This document shows positions 8,888 through 17,434 of a DNA stretch of 23,036 nt, piece by piece. Source of the stretch: Nitrospirota bacterium (GTDB lineage Bacteria > Nitrospirota > JACRHJ01). The notes beneath the pieces were generated by a model. It was given only the letters and a program-made list of their open reading frames with translations. It ran no database searches and had not been told where the DNA came from. Location of the stretch: contig CAWJRJ010000035.1 in assembly GCA_963845245.1 (NCBI GenBank), positions 1 to 23,036 of the forward strand, written 5' to 3'. The translations under genes were made by a program, and so were the position numbers. Position 1 is the stretch's first letter. Each line of letters begins with the position of its first letter.

Positions 8888-9003
8888 TAACGCTCTTTAC
8901 TCCTTTACTTACGGCAGCATTTATCCCGCCATTTATTATTATGCGCAACCCACCTGTGCAACCGCCATGCACATATGGGAGGGCAAGAGGAAAAAGAGCG
9001 CTA
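8888..9003 (-). ncRNA. Candidate structured RNA (three-way junction), family not recognised
   Basis: Outer stem 9003-8983 pairs with 8908-8888, enclosing hairpins 8979-8949 and 8932-8911. G-U wobbles favour the minus strand. Folded by eye only. Confidence 0.35.
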
Positions 9004-9139
9004 CCCGCAAGACGTTATAGCCTGCACTCGAATATCAGGGGCGGAGTGTCCGAAATATATTGTCATTTATTTTAATCTGTGATATTTAATTAAACTCTTT
9101 GGCTTAATATTTAATTGACCACAGGTAAAGGAGAGCATC

Positions 9140-9775
9140 ATGTCTAAAAAGATCGTTGCAGCACTGGCATTATTTACTTTTTGTCTGTTTGTCCCGGCCG
9201 TCCATGCAGCCGCGCCGGCGCCTGGTGTAAACTATTCCGCCGATATGGAAACGGTCTCCAAGCACGGGGAGACCACCTTATCGCATGTGTACTCAAAAGG
9301 TATGAAGCAGCGGATCGAGACCGATGCAAAAGGCCGTAAGAGCAGCGTCATCATGAGGCTCGACATGAAAAAGATGTGGATGCTCATGCCGGACCAGAAG
9401 ATGTACATGGAGATGCCCATCCAGCAGCAGGACATGACCACCAAGATGAAAGACCCGAACGCCAAGGTGGAGAAGAAGTTCATAAAGAACGAAAGCGTCG
9501 ACGGCCATCCCTGCAAGGAATATTTTGTGACTGTAACAACCAACGGGAAAAAGGACGGCTCCGGTTATGTATGGGAGGCCTCGGACCTGAAGAACATGAC
9601 CGTGAAATGGCAGGATGAGGACAAGCAGACCACTATCACCTGGAAGAAGATAGACATAAACGGCCAGGTAGCCGATTCCCTCTTCGAGTTACCTTCCGGC
9701 TACAAGAAGATGGACATGCCGGGCATGGGCGCCATGGGCGCCGGACGCGAGAGGCACAGAAGCCACCGGGAATAG
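9140..9775 (+). CDS. Secreted DUF4412-like protein
   Basis: RBS AAGGAG, signal peptide ending VHA-A, motifs 'YSADM...IMRLDMKKMWMLMPDQKMYMEM', 'ESVDGHPCKEY', 'DSLFELPSGYKKM'. Confidence 0.85.
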   Translation: MSKKIVAALALFTFCLFVPAVHAAAPAPGVNYSADMETVSKHGETTLSHVYSKGMKQRIETDAKGRKSSVIMRLDMKKMWMLMPDQKMYMEMPIQQQDMTTKMKDPNAKVEKKFIKNESVDGHPCKEYFVTVTTNGKKDGSGYVWEASDLKNMTVKWQDEDKQTTITWKKIDINGQVADSLFELPSGYKKMDMPGMGAMGAGRERHRSHRE

Positions 9776-9801
9776 CTGCTGTCGAAGCATTGGAACTTAT
9801 T

Positions 9802-9832
9802 AAAGGCCGCATTCGTGCGGCCTTTTTATTTT
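9802..9832 (+). terminator. Intrinsic terminator
   Basis: AAAGGCCGCA-TTCG-TGCGGCCTTTTTATTTT. Confidence 0.85.
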
Positions 9833-9922
9833 AGACACCGACGCCATTCGGATTCTCTCCCACGCATTCACAAAATATAGTAATATTATTTTCATAATCT
9901 CCTTCGGTTATGAGGCCAGCCA

Positions 9923-10375
9923 ATGGACATAATACCCGTACAGTATTACCCCGTTATATTCCCGCTACTCTTCGTCGCACTCTGGTTCATCATCTTAAGG
10001 CTGGTATCCGCAATGGGCTGGCAAAGGCTGGCGAAGGTGTACGGCTCCGACAAGCCCTGCGAGGGCACGAAGTGGTACATGCAAAGCGCAAAGGTGGGCA
10101 AGGCCGCATATAACGGATGCCTGACTGTCGGCGCAAACTACAACGGCCTGTACCTGTCCATCCTTTCCCATTTTCAGGCCGTGACACCCGCCCATCTTCA
10201 TACCGTGGACGGACATATCGGCCAAGGAGGCGAAGCGGCCCATGCTTCTGGGGGACCTGTGCATCCTCACCTTCAACAGGGCGCCGGGGTTCGAGCTGGT
10301 CCTGCGGAAAAGGCTTACCGAGAAGATAAGGGCCCAGATACCGGAACTACTGGCCTGAACAGGAGGGGCGGGTAG
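9923..10375 (+). CDS. Hypothetical membrane-anchored protein (internal compensating frameshifts likely)
   Basis: N-terminal TM 'IFPLLFVALWFIILRLVSAMGWQRLAKVY' then 'YNGCLTVGANYNGLYLSIL'. An alternative frame gives 'PPIFIPWTDISAKE' after ~10180. Confidence 0.7.
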   Translation: MDIIPVQYYPVIFPLLFVALWFIILRLVSAMGWQRLAKVYGSDKPCEGTKWYMQSAKVGKAAYNGCLTVGANYNGLYLSILSHFQAVTPAHLHTVDGHIGQGGEAAHASGGPVHPHLQQGAGVRAGPAEKAYREDKGPDTGTTGLNRRGG

Positions 10376-10408
10376 TGGCCGGGCTGACATTGGCATGGAG
10401 AGGGCAAC

Positions 10409-10434
10409 AAAAAGCCCGCCTTTGGAGGCGGGCT
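10409..10434 (-). terminator. Intrinsic terminator after secreted paralog 1
   Basis: AGCCCGCCT-TTGG-AGGCGGGCT with a T-run on the minus strand. Confidence 0.8.
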
Positions 10435-10461
10435 CGAATCTTATCCTTTAAATCGGACTTC

Positions 10462-10872
10462 TTAGCCGTTCGACGACAGGCATGACTTAGTCGGCTTGGC
10501 CGCGACATCGCCCCTTTCCGCCTTTCCGACTATAATCCTGCCTTCGGCATATGCGCCTCTGGTGTACTTGTCCACCTTGACCTCGCTGACAAGCTGCATC
10601 TTCTTGAGGTCATAGGTCTTGTTGCCGTGAGAGGTCATGGTCGCCCTGTATATCGGGAGGTTGTCGCCCTTGCAGAGGACGTCGCTGCCGATGGGGCTGA
10701 AGAGCATCACATTGTTGCCGTGCACCGACATCACCGCCGCCCTGATCGGTATGTTAAGCGAAAGGTCCGTCGCCGGCACCTGCATCGAGTCGTAATTCGT
10801 CCCGTAAGCATATACCAAACCAGCCAGAGACAGCCCTGCCAGCACCAGGGACAATACGATTATTCTTTTCAT
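10462..10872 (-). CDS. Secreted two-Cys beta-rich protein, paralog 1 of 3 (possibly FlgT C-terminal-like)
   Basis: RBS GGAGGTG, signal peptide MKRIIVLSLVLAGLSLAGLVYA, motifs LCKGDNLPIYR, LVSEVKV, YAEGRIIVG, GDVAAKPTKSCL shared with 13544..13939 and 14072..14513. Confidence 0.85.
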   Translation of the reverse strand: MKRIIVLSLVLAGLSLAGLVYAYGTNYDSMQVPATDLSLNIPIRAAVMSVHGNNVMLFSPIGSDVLCKGDNLPIYRATMTSHGNKTYDLKKMQLVSEVKVDKYTRGAYAEGRIIVGKAERGDVAAKPTKSCLSSNG

Positions 10873-10879
10873 TTTCAAA

Positions 10880-10926
10880 CACCTCCTGCTTGCGTGTTAC
10901 TATTCATCTAATACTATTATAACACC
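10880..10926 (-). promoter_or_regulatory. Extended -10 promoter and conserved leader, paralog 1
   Basis: Minus strand GGTGTTATAAT (TATAAT at 10921-10916); leader AACACGCAAGCAGGAGGT matches the paralog 2 leader. Confidence 0.65.
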
Positions 10927-11045
10927 GATAGACGACCTGTTTTGCCGTTTTGTAGCGGTCTGGCTCTCTACTGTGGTATAATGGATTATCCGTATCTTAT
11001 CAAGTAATCTGGCACCCTGTCTTATTCATTCAAAGGAGGCAGCAT

Positions 11046-11741
11046 ATGGCAGGCATAGAGAACACTGTATGGTCGAAACCGGACACTCCGGGCGGCGGCA
11101 ATCCACAGGCAAAGGACAGCGGCAATCCGCCGGAGACGTCCACGTTGATATCCTCACTCCCGAACCTGTTCTTTTTGGCCTACCTGGTTTTTTTGCTATT
11201 CAACATAATAAGGAACACGGCGGCGGAGGTAAGACACGAATCGCTGGGGATGATTATCGGCTATATCGCCATGCTTTTCATCCCCTTTGCCGTCGTAGCC
11301 GCCTATAACCTGGTAAAGGCCAATACAAAGATCATCGGCAAGGCATCCATCGGGATAACTGCCTTCTTCCTCCTCTTTTCGATGGTTGTGGAGCTGGAGA
11401 ATGCAGCGAATACCAGGCAGAGGCTGAACGAATGCCAGGGCATGGTCAATGCGTTAAATGCGCAACGGGCAGCAGTCCCAAATTATGTCCCTGAATCTGC
11501 CGTCCCGCCGTCGGTAGTGTCGAGGGAGAGTAGACTGGCTGTACCCGTAAAGGGCTCCGTCTCGCTGAAGATGGACTCAGAACCCATGAAGACAGTATTT
11601 CTGGTAAACCCCGCCGTCGCACGTGTGGCAACCATATCGCCCTACGAACTGCGGGTGATGGGTGTAAAAAAGGGGGTGACTTCGCTGAGCATACAGGACA
11701 GGGCAGGCTACAAATTCGCTTATGAGGTCAATGTGGAATAA
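11046..11741 (+). CDS. Membrane protein (3 TM) with C-terminal pilus-assembly/secretin N-terminal-like domain (CpaC/RcpA N-domain)
   Basis: RBS AAAGGAGG, three hydrophobic helices, and C-terminal 'LAVPVKGSVSLKM..PMKTVFLVNPAVARVATISPYELRVMGVKKGVTSLSI' matching the T2SS-T3SS_pil_N pattern by eye. Confidence 0.7.
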   Translation: MAGIENTVWSKPDTPGGGNPQAKDSGNPPETSTLISSLPNLFFLAYLVFLLFNIIRNTAAEVRHESLGMIIGYIAMLFIPFAVVAAYNLVKANTKIIGKASIGITAFFLLFSMVVELENAANTRQRLNECQGMVNALNAQRAAVPNYVPESAVPPSVVSRESRLAVPVKGSVSLKMDSEPMKTVFLVNPAVARVATISPYELRVMGVKKGVTSLSIQDRAGYKFAYEVNVE

Positions 11742-11755
11742 GAACCCGCCCATTA

Positions 11756-13440
11756 TCAGGCGGCCTCCATATCCTTCTTTTTCTCCACGACCCCGGACTG
11801 CTTCAGCGGCAGGAGCAGGCTGAAGACGCTGCCTTCTCCTTCCCTGCTCTTCACGGCCACGTGTCCCCCATGCGCTTCTGCGACTGCCTTAACGATGGCC
11901 AGCCCGAGACCAGTCCCGGCCTCTTTCGCTCCCGCCTTCCTGCCCCTGAAAAACTTGTCGAAGACACGCGGGATGTCCTCCCTGGGTATACCGAGGCCGG
12001 TATCCGCCACTTCTATCCGCATAGTGTCAGGACTGCCGGGAAGAAGTGCCGCAGTGACCCTCACCCTGCCGCATTCCTTGTTGTACTTGACCGCGTTGCC
12101 TACGAGGTTTGCGACCGCGCGGGTAAGCTGTGAACGGTCCGCCTCGACAGGCGGCAGGTCTTCGGAAGCCACTACCTCAATATGGATTTTATGCGTCTTG
12201 GCGTGGGTCTCGCTTTCTTTTACCGCCTGACGTATAACATCGGTTATTGGCACAGGCTCCGGTCTCAGCTCCAGCTTTGTCTCGGCCCTTGTAACCGCAA
12301 GCATGTCGCATATTAGTTCATATATCCTACCCGATGCCCGGTTTATGCTTTCGACCATCTCGAGGGCGTCCTTGTCAACCAGCTTGCCTGCAAGCAGTTC
12401 GGCATATCCGGAGATGATGGTAAGCGGGCCCTTTATGTCGTGGGTAAGCATGTTGAAAAGTCCGGTGCGTTCCGCCTCGGCCCTCACCTGCTCCGTGATG
12501 TCTACAAGCGTGCCGATAACGGCAGGCCTCCCCTTGTAAACGGTCCCCCAGGCAGATACCTCCACATGAAAGAAGCTGCCGTCCTTTTTTATGCCTCTGA
12601 ACCTCGCATGCCCATTGGTCTTCCCCCTCATTATCCGGTCTATCATCCCGCTGGGAATATGCCTGTCATCCGGGTGCGCAAGCTCGTCAAGTATGCTTCC
12701 CGCCTGCATAAGTTCTTCGAGTGTATAACCAAGTATCTCGGCAAGCTTGGGGTTCGCATATACAAACCGTCCGTCCTGGTAGATATAGGCGCCCGCAAGG
12801 GACTCCTCCACAAGGCTCCTGAACCGTTCCTCTGAGTCTTTAAGGCTGGCCTCCGTCTGCTTCCTCTTTATCCCGACGGCGATCTCGTCGGCTATGTAGG
12901 CAAGTGTTCCGAACGTGGCCTCGGACATCGGGTTTTTGGAGAATACGGCCATTACGCCGAGAATCTCGTCTTCAACGATGAGCGGGTATCCTCCGTAGGA
13001 CACTATAGCCTACACTTTTCACCCATTCCTTGTCGCTGATCTGCGGGTCGTTCATGGTGTCGTTGGTTAAGAAGAGGTTTTTTCTCGCGCGCGATGATAC
13101 CTATCTTGTACGGGTAGCTGCTGTAGGATAACCGGCCGTGCGGGCCGTCCAGGTGGGTATAGATCCCGGCGCTTGCGTGGAGCACGAGCACGTCTTCCTC
13201 CCTGTTCAGCACCCATACCCTCGCGAAGGCCGCGTCCAGATTGTCAACCAGGGCCTGGGCGCAACCTTGAAGCATCTCGTGCAGGGTTCCACCCAGTGTG
13301 AGCGCCGCGCCTATGCCCGCGCCAAGCGAGGCGTGCCGCACCCTGTCGGCCAGACTGTCCTCATATTGCTTGCAGTCTGCGCAATCCGGGAAGGTGTTTT
13401 GCTGTCGTAGGGGTTCCCCGTTGCCTAAATCAATGTCCAT
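11756..13440 (-). CDS. Cytoplasmic GAF-PAS sensor histidine kinase (frameshifts near 13005-13050)
   Basis: GAF 'LDAAFARVWVLN...LHASAGIYTHLDGPHGR...YGGYPLIVEDEILGVMAVF', PAS 'EERFRSLVEESLAGAYIYQDGRFVYANP', H-box THDIKGP, NLVGNAVKYN, DTGLGI, GTGLGL. Confidence 0.92.
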
Positions 13441-13543
13441 GCGTTAATTGTACCATTTTGGTCAAATATATGTGCGAAATTTATTGTCGAGATAATAAAC
13501 AGCCCCCACACTCTCTGTCGCATATCCTGTTATTGCAGACCAT

Positions 13544-13939
13544 TCAGCCCTTCAGGCACGATCTGTCAGGCTTGATGGCTATATCGCCCGGGTCCGCCTC
13601 ACCGGTTATCAGGCTGCCCTGTGCATAGGACTCACCTACCAGGTAGTCCACCCTGACCTCGCCGACCAGCTTCAGGCCAGATAGGTCTTTGGATGACAGG
13701 ATACGCTTCATTCCTGACTCTATTCTGTATACAGGGATGCTCTCCCCTTTGCAGACCGCCTCGGCCCCGTCTGGCACAAACAGCCTCACCGTATCCAGGT
13801 TATTGGACATCACAGTCGCCTTGACCATGGACGAGGGTAACGCGGACTTTGTACTGGCAGGGCCCGTATCGTTCGCATATACACTGGCGGCAAAAACAAG
13901 TCCTGCGAGCATCAATATCGACATAGAAATCTTCTTCAT
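13544..13939 (-). CDS. Secreted two-Cys beta-rich protein, paralog 2 of 3
   Basis: RBS GAGGTG, signal peptide MKKISMSILMLAGLVFAASVYA, motifs VCKGESIPVYR, LVGEVRV, YAQGSLITG, GDIAIKPDRSCL. Confidence 0.85.
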   Translation of the reverse strand: MKKISMSILMLAGLVFAASVYANDTGPASTKSALPSSMVKATVMSNNLDTVRLFVPDGAEAVCKGESIPVYRIESGMKRILSSKDLSGLKLVGEVRVDYLVGESYAQGSLITGEADPGDIAIKPDRSCLKG

Positions 13940-13945
13940 TTCATC

Positions 13946-13984
13946 CACCTCTTGCTTGCATGTTTATATATAAATTATAACACC
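13946..13984 (-). promoter_or_regulatory. Extended -10 promoter and conserved leader, paralog 2
   Basis: Minus strand GGTGTTATAATTTATA (TATAAT at 13979-13974); leader AACATGCAAGCAAGAGGT. Confidence 0.65.
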
Positions 13985-14009
13985 AGGATGGAAAAGCCAA
14001 AAACGCCAC

Positions 14010-14042
14010 AAAAAGGCCCGCCACGTTACCGTGAAGCGGGCC
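14010..14042 (-). terminator. Intrinsic terminator after secreted paralog 3
   Basis: GGCCCGC...CACG-TTAC-CGTG...GCGGGCC with a 5-T run on the minus strand. Confidence 0.7.
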
Positions 14043-14071
14043 CATAACCATTTTACCATATGGCTCAACTC

Positions 14072-14513
14072 TTATGAGGCAAGGCATGACTTGCTCGGCT
14101 TGGCCGCCAGGTCTCCCTCGTTGGCGTCGCCGACAACCAGCTTACCAAAAGCATAGTTGCCGCCAAAGTGTTTAATTATCCTGACCTCCCCTACAAGCTG
14201 CTTGTTCGCAAGGTCCGGCTCAGTCGACGTGCTTTTCATGTACGCCGGCATATGCTCGGCCGTCGTCTTTCCAGGATATATCACAGGCGACCTGTAGATG
14301 GGGATTTTGTCGCCATTGCAGAGCGCAATATTTCCATCGGGGCTGTAAATGCTGACGGTGTCCCCGGCCCTGTAAATCACTGACGCCCTGACATTCGGGC
14401 TGCTCCACAGCCTCTCCTCATTCGTGGTACCAGTCCTGCGTCATGTTCGCTGATACCATACCCGCAAACACCAGCCCTGATACCAGTAGAGCCAGCGCAA
14501 ATACCTTTTTCAT
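14072..14513 (-). CDS. Secreted two-Cys beta-rich protein, paralog 3 of 3 (one frameshift near 14430)
   Basis: RBS GGAGGTG, ATG at 14513 gives signal peptide MKKVFALALLVSGLVFAGMVSA, joining to PNVRASVIYRAGDTVSIYSPDG, LCNGDKIPIYR, LVGEVRI, YAFGKLVVG, GDLAAKPSKSCL. Confidence 0.82.
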
Positions 14514-14551
14514 TTCACACACCTCCAGTTATTAGAAGTAGTATGCTCATG

Positions 14552-14565
14552 TATAAATTATAACA
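14552..14565 (-). promoter_or_regulatory. Extended -10 promoter, paralog 3
   Basis: Minus strand TGTTATAATTTATA, identical over 14 bp to the paralog 2 promoter. Confidence 0.65.
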
Positions 14566-14610
14566 TCCCGAAGGAATATTTGGTATTCGGCAGGGCAGGA
14601 GGTCAAGGGC

Positions 14611-15060
14611 TCAGAATGCCCCGGGCTCTTCCTTGGGGAGGGTGGATTCGTCAAAAGGAAGAACGCCAAGCTGCGTCATGACGGGCTTGATGCCATCAAT
14701 TATCCAGGCAGAGTCATAGCCTGATTCGTACTCAGGGAGTATATCGTCCACAGCCTTTTCCACCATTTCCATAAACCTGGTGAACTCGAACCGACCGTCC
14801 AGCACACCCGCTCCCAGGAGGGCCTCGTACAACGCCTGGGCATCGCCCAAACCCACACCCTCAAACCTTGAATGGTTTGCAGGGGCCATCACATAGGCGC
14901 GCATGGCGGAATAAAGCGCATCGAACATCGTTGCGACACCTGAGCGCAGCTTCCCTTCAGAAAGCCGCCTCTTCCCGCTTCGCAGGTGGAGCCTGGCACG
15001 AAGCAGGTCGGCCTCGTTTTTTGTCAGCTTCGACTCGTCCATATGGCCGAAATGCGGCAT
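14611..15060 (-). CDS. Hypothetical all-helical protein, HEPN-like N-terminal pattern
   Basis: Intact ORF starting MPHFGHMDE; 'LLRARLHLRSGKRRLSEG...VATMFDALYSAMRAYV' resembles the first HEPN helices by eye. Confidence 0.7.
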   Translation of the reverse strand: MPHFGHMDESKLTKNEADLLRARLHLRSGKRRLSEGKLRSGVATMFDALYSAMRAYVMAPANHSRFEGVGLGDAQALYEALLGAGVLDGRFEFTRFMEMVEKAVDDILPEYESGYDSAWIIDGIKPVMTQLGVLPFDESTLPKEEPGAF

Positions 15061-15189
15061 ACCCAGCCCTTTCATTTAAAGGTTAAACTTCCGTATACTA
15101 TTATAATCCATTTGTACACAGAGCGGAGAAACAAGTCAAGGCCGTTTTAGTCAGACGGGATTTGGCGGTTCTATGGCATAATATTAGGA

Positions 15190-15507
15190 ATGAAACCTTT
15201 CCTCAAAATTGCTGGCTGGTGCTTCACGGTATTCTACCTCTATCAGGCGGCCTTATACCTGCCCGAATATTTCGCGCCGGAATCAGTAATGCCTTGCGTC
15301 ACCCGCCTGCTGGACTCGTACATATTATGGTTTATCTTTCCGATGAGCTTCATAATGGCGGGCATAGTCGTTGCGGATATACTGGCCCTGTACCACGGTC
15401 TTTACGCCGGGCCGTCCAGATGGTATATCAGGGCAAGGGTGGTATCCGGCAGCGCAGCAGTGGTGGCAGCCTCTGTTGCGGCAGCACGGATTATATCAGC
15501 ATGCTGA
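15190..15507 (+). CDS. Small hypothetical membrane protein (3' end uncertain)
   Basis: 105 aa with about three hydrophobic segments; may continue in another frame towards 15674. Confidence 0.5.
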   Translation: MKPFLKIAGWCFTVFYLYQAALYLPEYFAPESVMPCVTRLLDSYILWFIFPMSFIMAGIVVADILALYHGLYAGPSRWYIRARVVSGSAAVVAASVAAARIISAC

Positions 15508-15820
15508 ACCTGACCCATCTGCCACATCTTCATCCGCGCCTCAGGGGGGACGAGTGGCTCCCGTCTTATTTTTCCGAGCAGATCATAGCTGGCGTACACC
15601 ATGTACACCAATGCCAGTGCTCTAACGGCGCTTCCCCCCTGAAGCCGGCGTGGTCTTTGTGCATCTGCAGATAACCCCTATATAATTTAAGACGTCAGCG
15701 GTGGGTATCCGGTTACAGCTTATTGACTTCCCAGGCTTTATTTCATTCAGCATGATATAATTATAGTAGTTGCATAGGTATATAAATACTATTGGATGCC
15801 AATAGAAAGGCAGACCCAAA

Positions 15821-16743
15821 ATGAAGATGCGCCATGAGATATACAATAAGATACTAGACGGTGTGGATGATGGCATCTATTTTCTTGACCAGGACAGGCG
15901 GATAACTTTCTGGAACAAGGGGGCCGAGGAGCTCTCCGGCTACTCTGCCAAGGAAGTAGTAGGCCTTCACTGCTCTGACAATATACTCGTCCACTCCGAC
16001 AAAGACGGTGTGGAACTCTGCACCCACGGCTGCCCTGTAGCAGCGTGCCTTCTTGACGGAAAGCTCCACGGGGGCGATGTCTTCATGCACCACAAGGACG
16101 GATACAGGGTTCCGGTATCTGTTAACGTTTCTCCTATACGTGACGGGAAGGGCAATATTGTTGGAGCTATAGAGATCTTTCGCAAGTCAAAAACCGTAGA
16201 GTCGGATAAATCCGTACTGGAGGAACTGAAAAAGATAGCGCTTCTTGACCCGCTCACTGAACTTCCAAACAGGAAGAGTTTCGATATGCGTCTAAACTAC
16301 AGCTTCGCCGAACTAAGAAGGCATGGCCTGCCGTTCGGTGTCATCTTTGCCGACATAGACCATTTCAAGGCGGTTAACGACACCTACGGCCACAGTGTCG
16401 GCGACGAGGTTTTGAGAGATGGTGGCGAAGACCTTCCGGTATGAACCTTCGGTTAACGGACTTTGTTGGCAGGTGGGGCGGCGAGGAGTTCATTATGCTT
16501 TTGACGCATGCCATGCCCAAGAGGGTGTTTGAGGTATCGGAAAAGCTCAGGACGCTTGTTGGAAACAGCTTCATATCCGTCGAGGGCAGGCCAGTCGGCG
16601 TTACGGTAACCTTGGGCTGCACCAGCGCCACAGAGGACGATACACCCGAATCAATAATCGAAAGAGTGGACAAGCTTCTCTACAGAGGCAAGAAAGAGGG
16701 CAGAAACCGCGTCATCCCGGACTTTGGGAAACTGGCTGCTTGA
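15821..16743 (+). CDS. PAS-GGDEF diguanylate cyclase (frameshift near 16420)
   Basis: PAS 'ILDGVDDGIYFLDQDRRITFWNKGAEELSGY', then 'DPLTELPNR', 'DIDHFKAVNDTYGHSVGDEVL', I-site RLTD and active site RWGGEEF. Confidence 0.93.
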
Positions 16744-16840
16744 CTCGCAGCTTCGGCCGCACCTTTTTCCACATATATATGAGCTTTCTGTCACTTTCTT
16801 TTTTTATATTATACTTTTTGTATAATATAAATTACCCCGT

Positions 16841-16870
16841 TTGCCTCCCCGCTGTTTTTTATGGTATCAT
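16841..16870 (+). promoter_or_regulatory. Putative msrA promoter
   Basis: TTGCCT, 18 bp spacer ending TGG, TATCAT. Confidence 0.45.
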
Positions 16871-16908
16871 TTAATAAGAAGCCTTATTAATAATTAAAGG
16901 GATTTATT

Positions 16909-17388
16909 ATGGAAAAAGCGACTTTCGGCGCTGGGTGCTTCTGGCACGTCGAGGAGGCATTCAGGCATATACCGGGCGTAATATTCACCCAGGTGGGCTA
17001 CTCCGGCGGAACCAAGGGCAACCCGACCTACAGGGAGGTCTGCACCGGCACTACAGGGCATGCGGAGGCGGTGGAGGTAACCTACGACCCTTCACGGGTC
17101 AGCTACGACAGGCTCCTTGAGGTCTTCTGGGACAACCACGACCCGACCACTCTGGACCGGCAGGGGCCGGATGTGGGCCACCAGTACCGCTCGGTTATCT
17201 TCTACCACAACGAGGAACAGCACAAAAAAGCGCTTGAATCGAAGGAACGTCTGGAGAAATCCGGCAGGAACAGGGGCCGGAAGGTCGTTACCGAGATAGT
17301 GGCGGCCGGGAAATTCTACAGGGCGGAGGATTACCACCAGCAGTACTTCGAGAAGCACGGACTGACATCCTGCAAGGTAAACCACTGA
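16909..17388 (+). CDS. msrA: Peptide-methionine (S)-S-oxide reductase
   Basis: GAGCFW active site, [38 protein letters not shown]-terminal Cys. Confidence 0.97.
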   Translation: MEKATFGAGCFWHVEEAFRHIPGVIFTQVGYSGGTKGNPTYREVCTGTTGHAEAVEVTYDPSRVSYDRLLEVFWDNHDPTTLDRQGPDVGHQYRSVIFYHNEEQHKKALESKERLEKSGRNRGRKVVTEIVAAGKFYRAEDYHQQYFEKHGLTSCKVNH

Positions 17389-17434
17389 CCAGCCGGTCGT
17401 CAATGTCTCAAGAGGGGACAATTAGGATTCTTAT

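Noticed and set aside
8884..9020. Integron attC site (TAAC...GTTA around a hairpin)
   Set aside because: The structure is branched, lacks the unpaired central spacer and L-box extrahelical bases, occurs once, and no integrase is nearby.
8878..9075. 65-aa ORF over the structured region
   Set aside because: TTG start without an RBS and no protein-like features.
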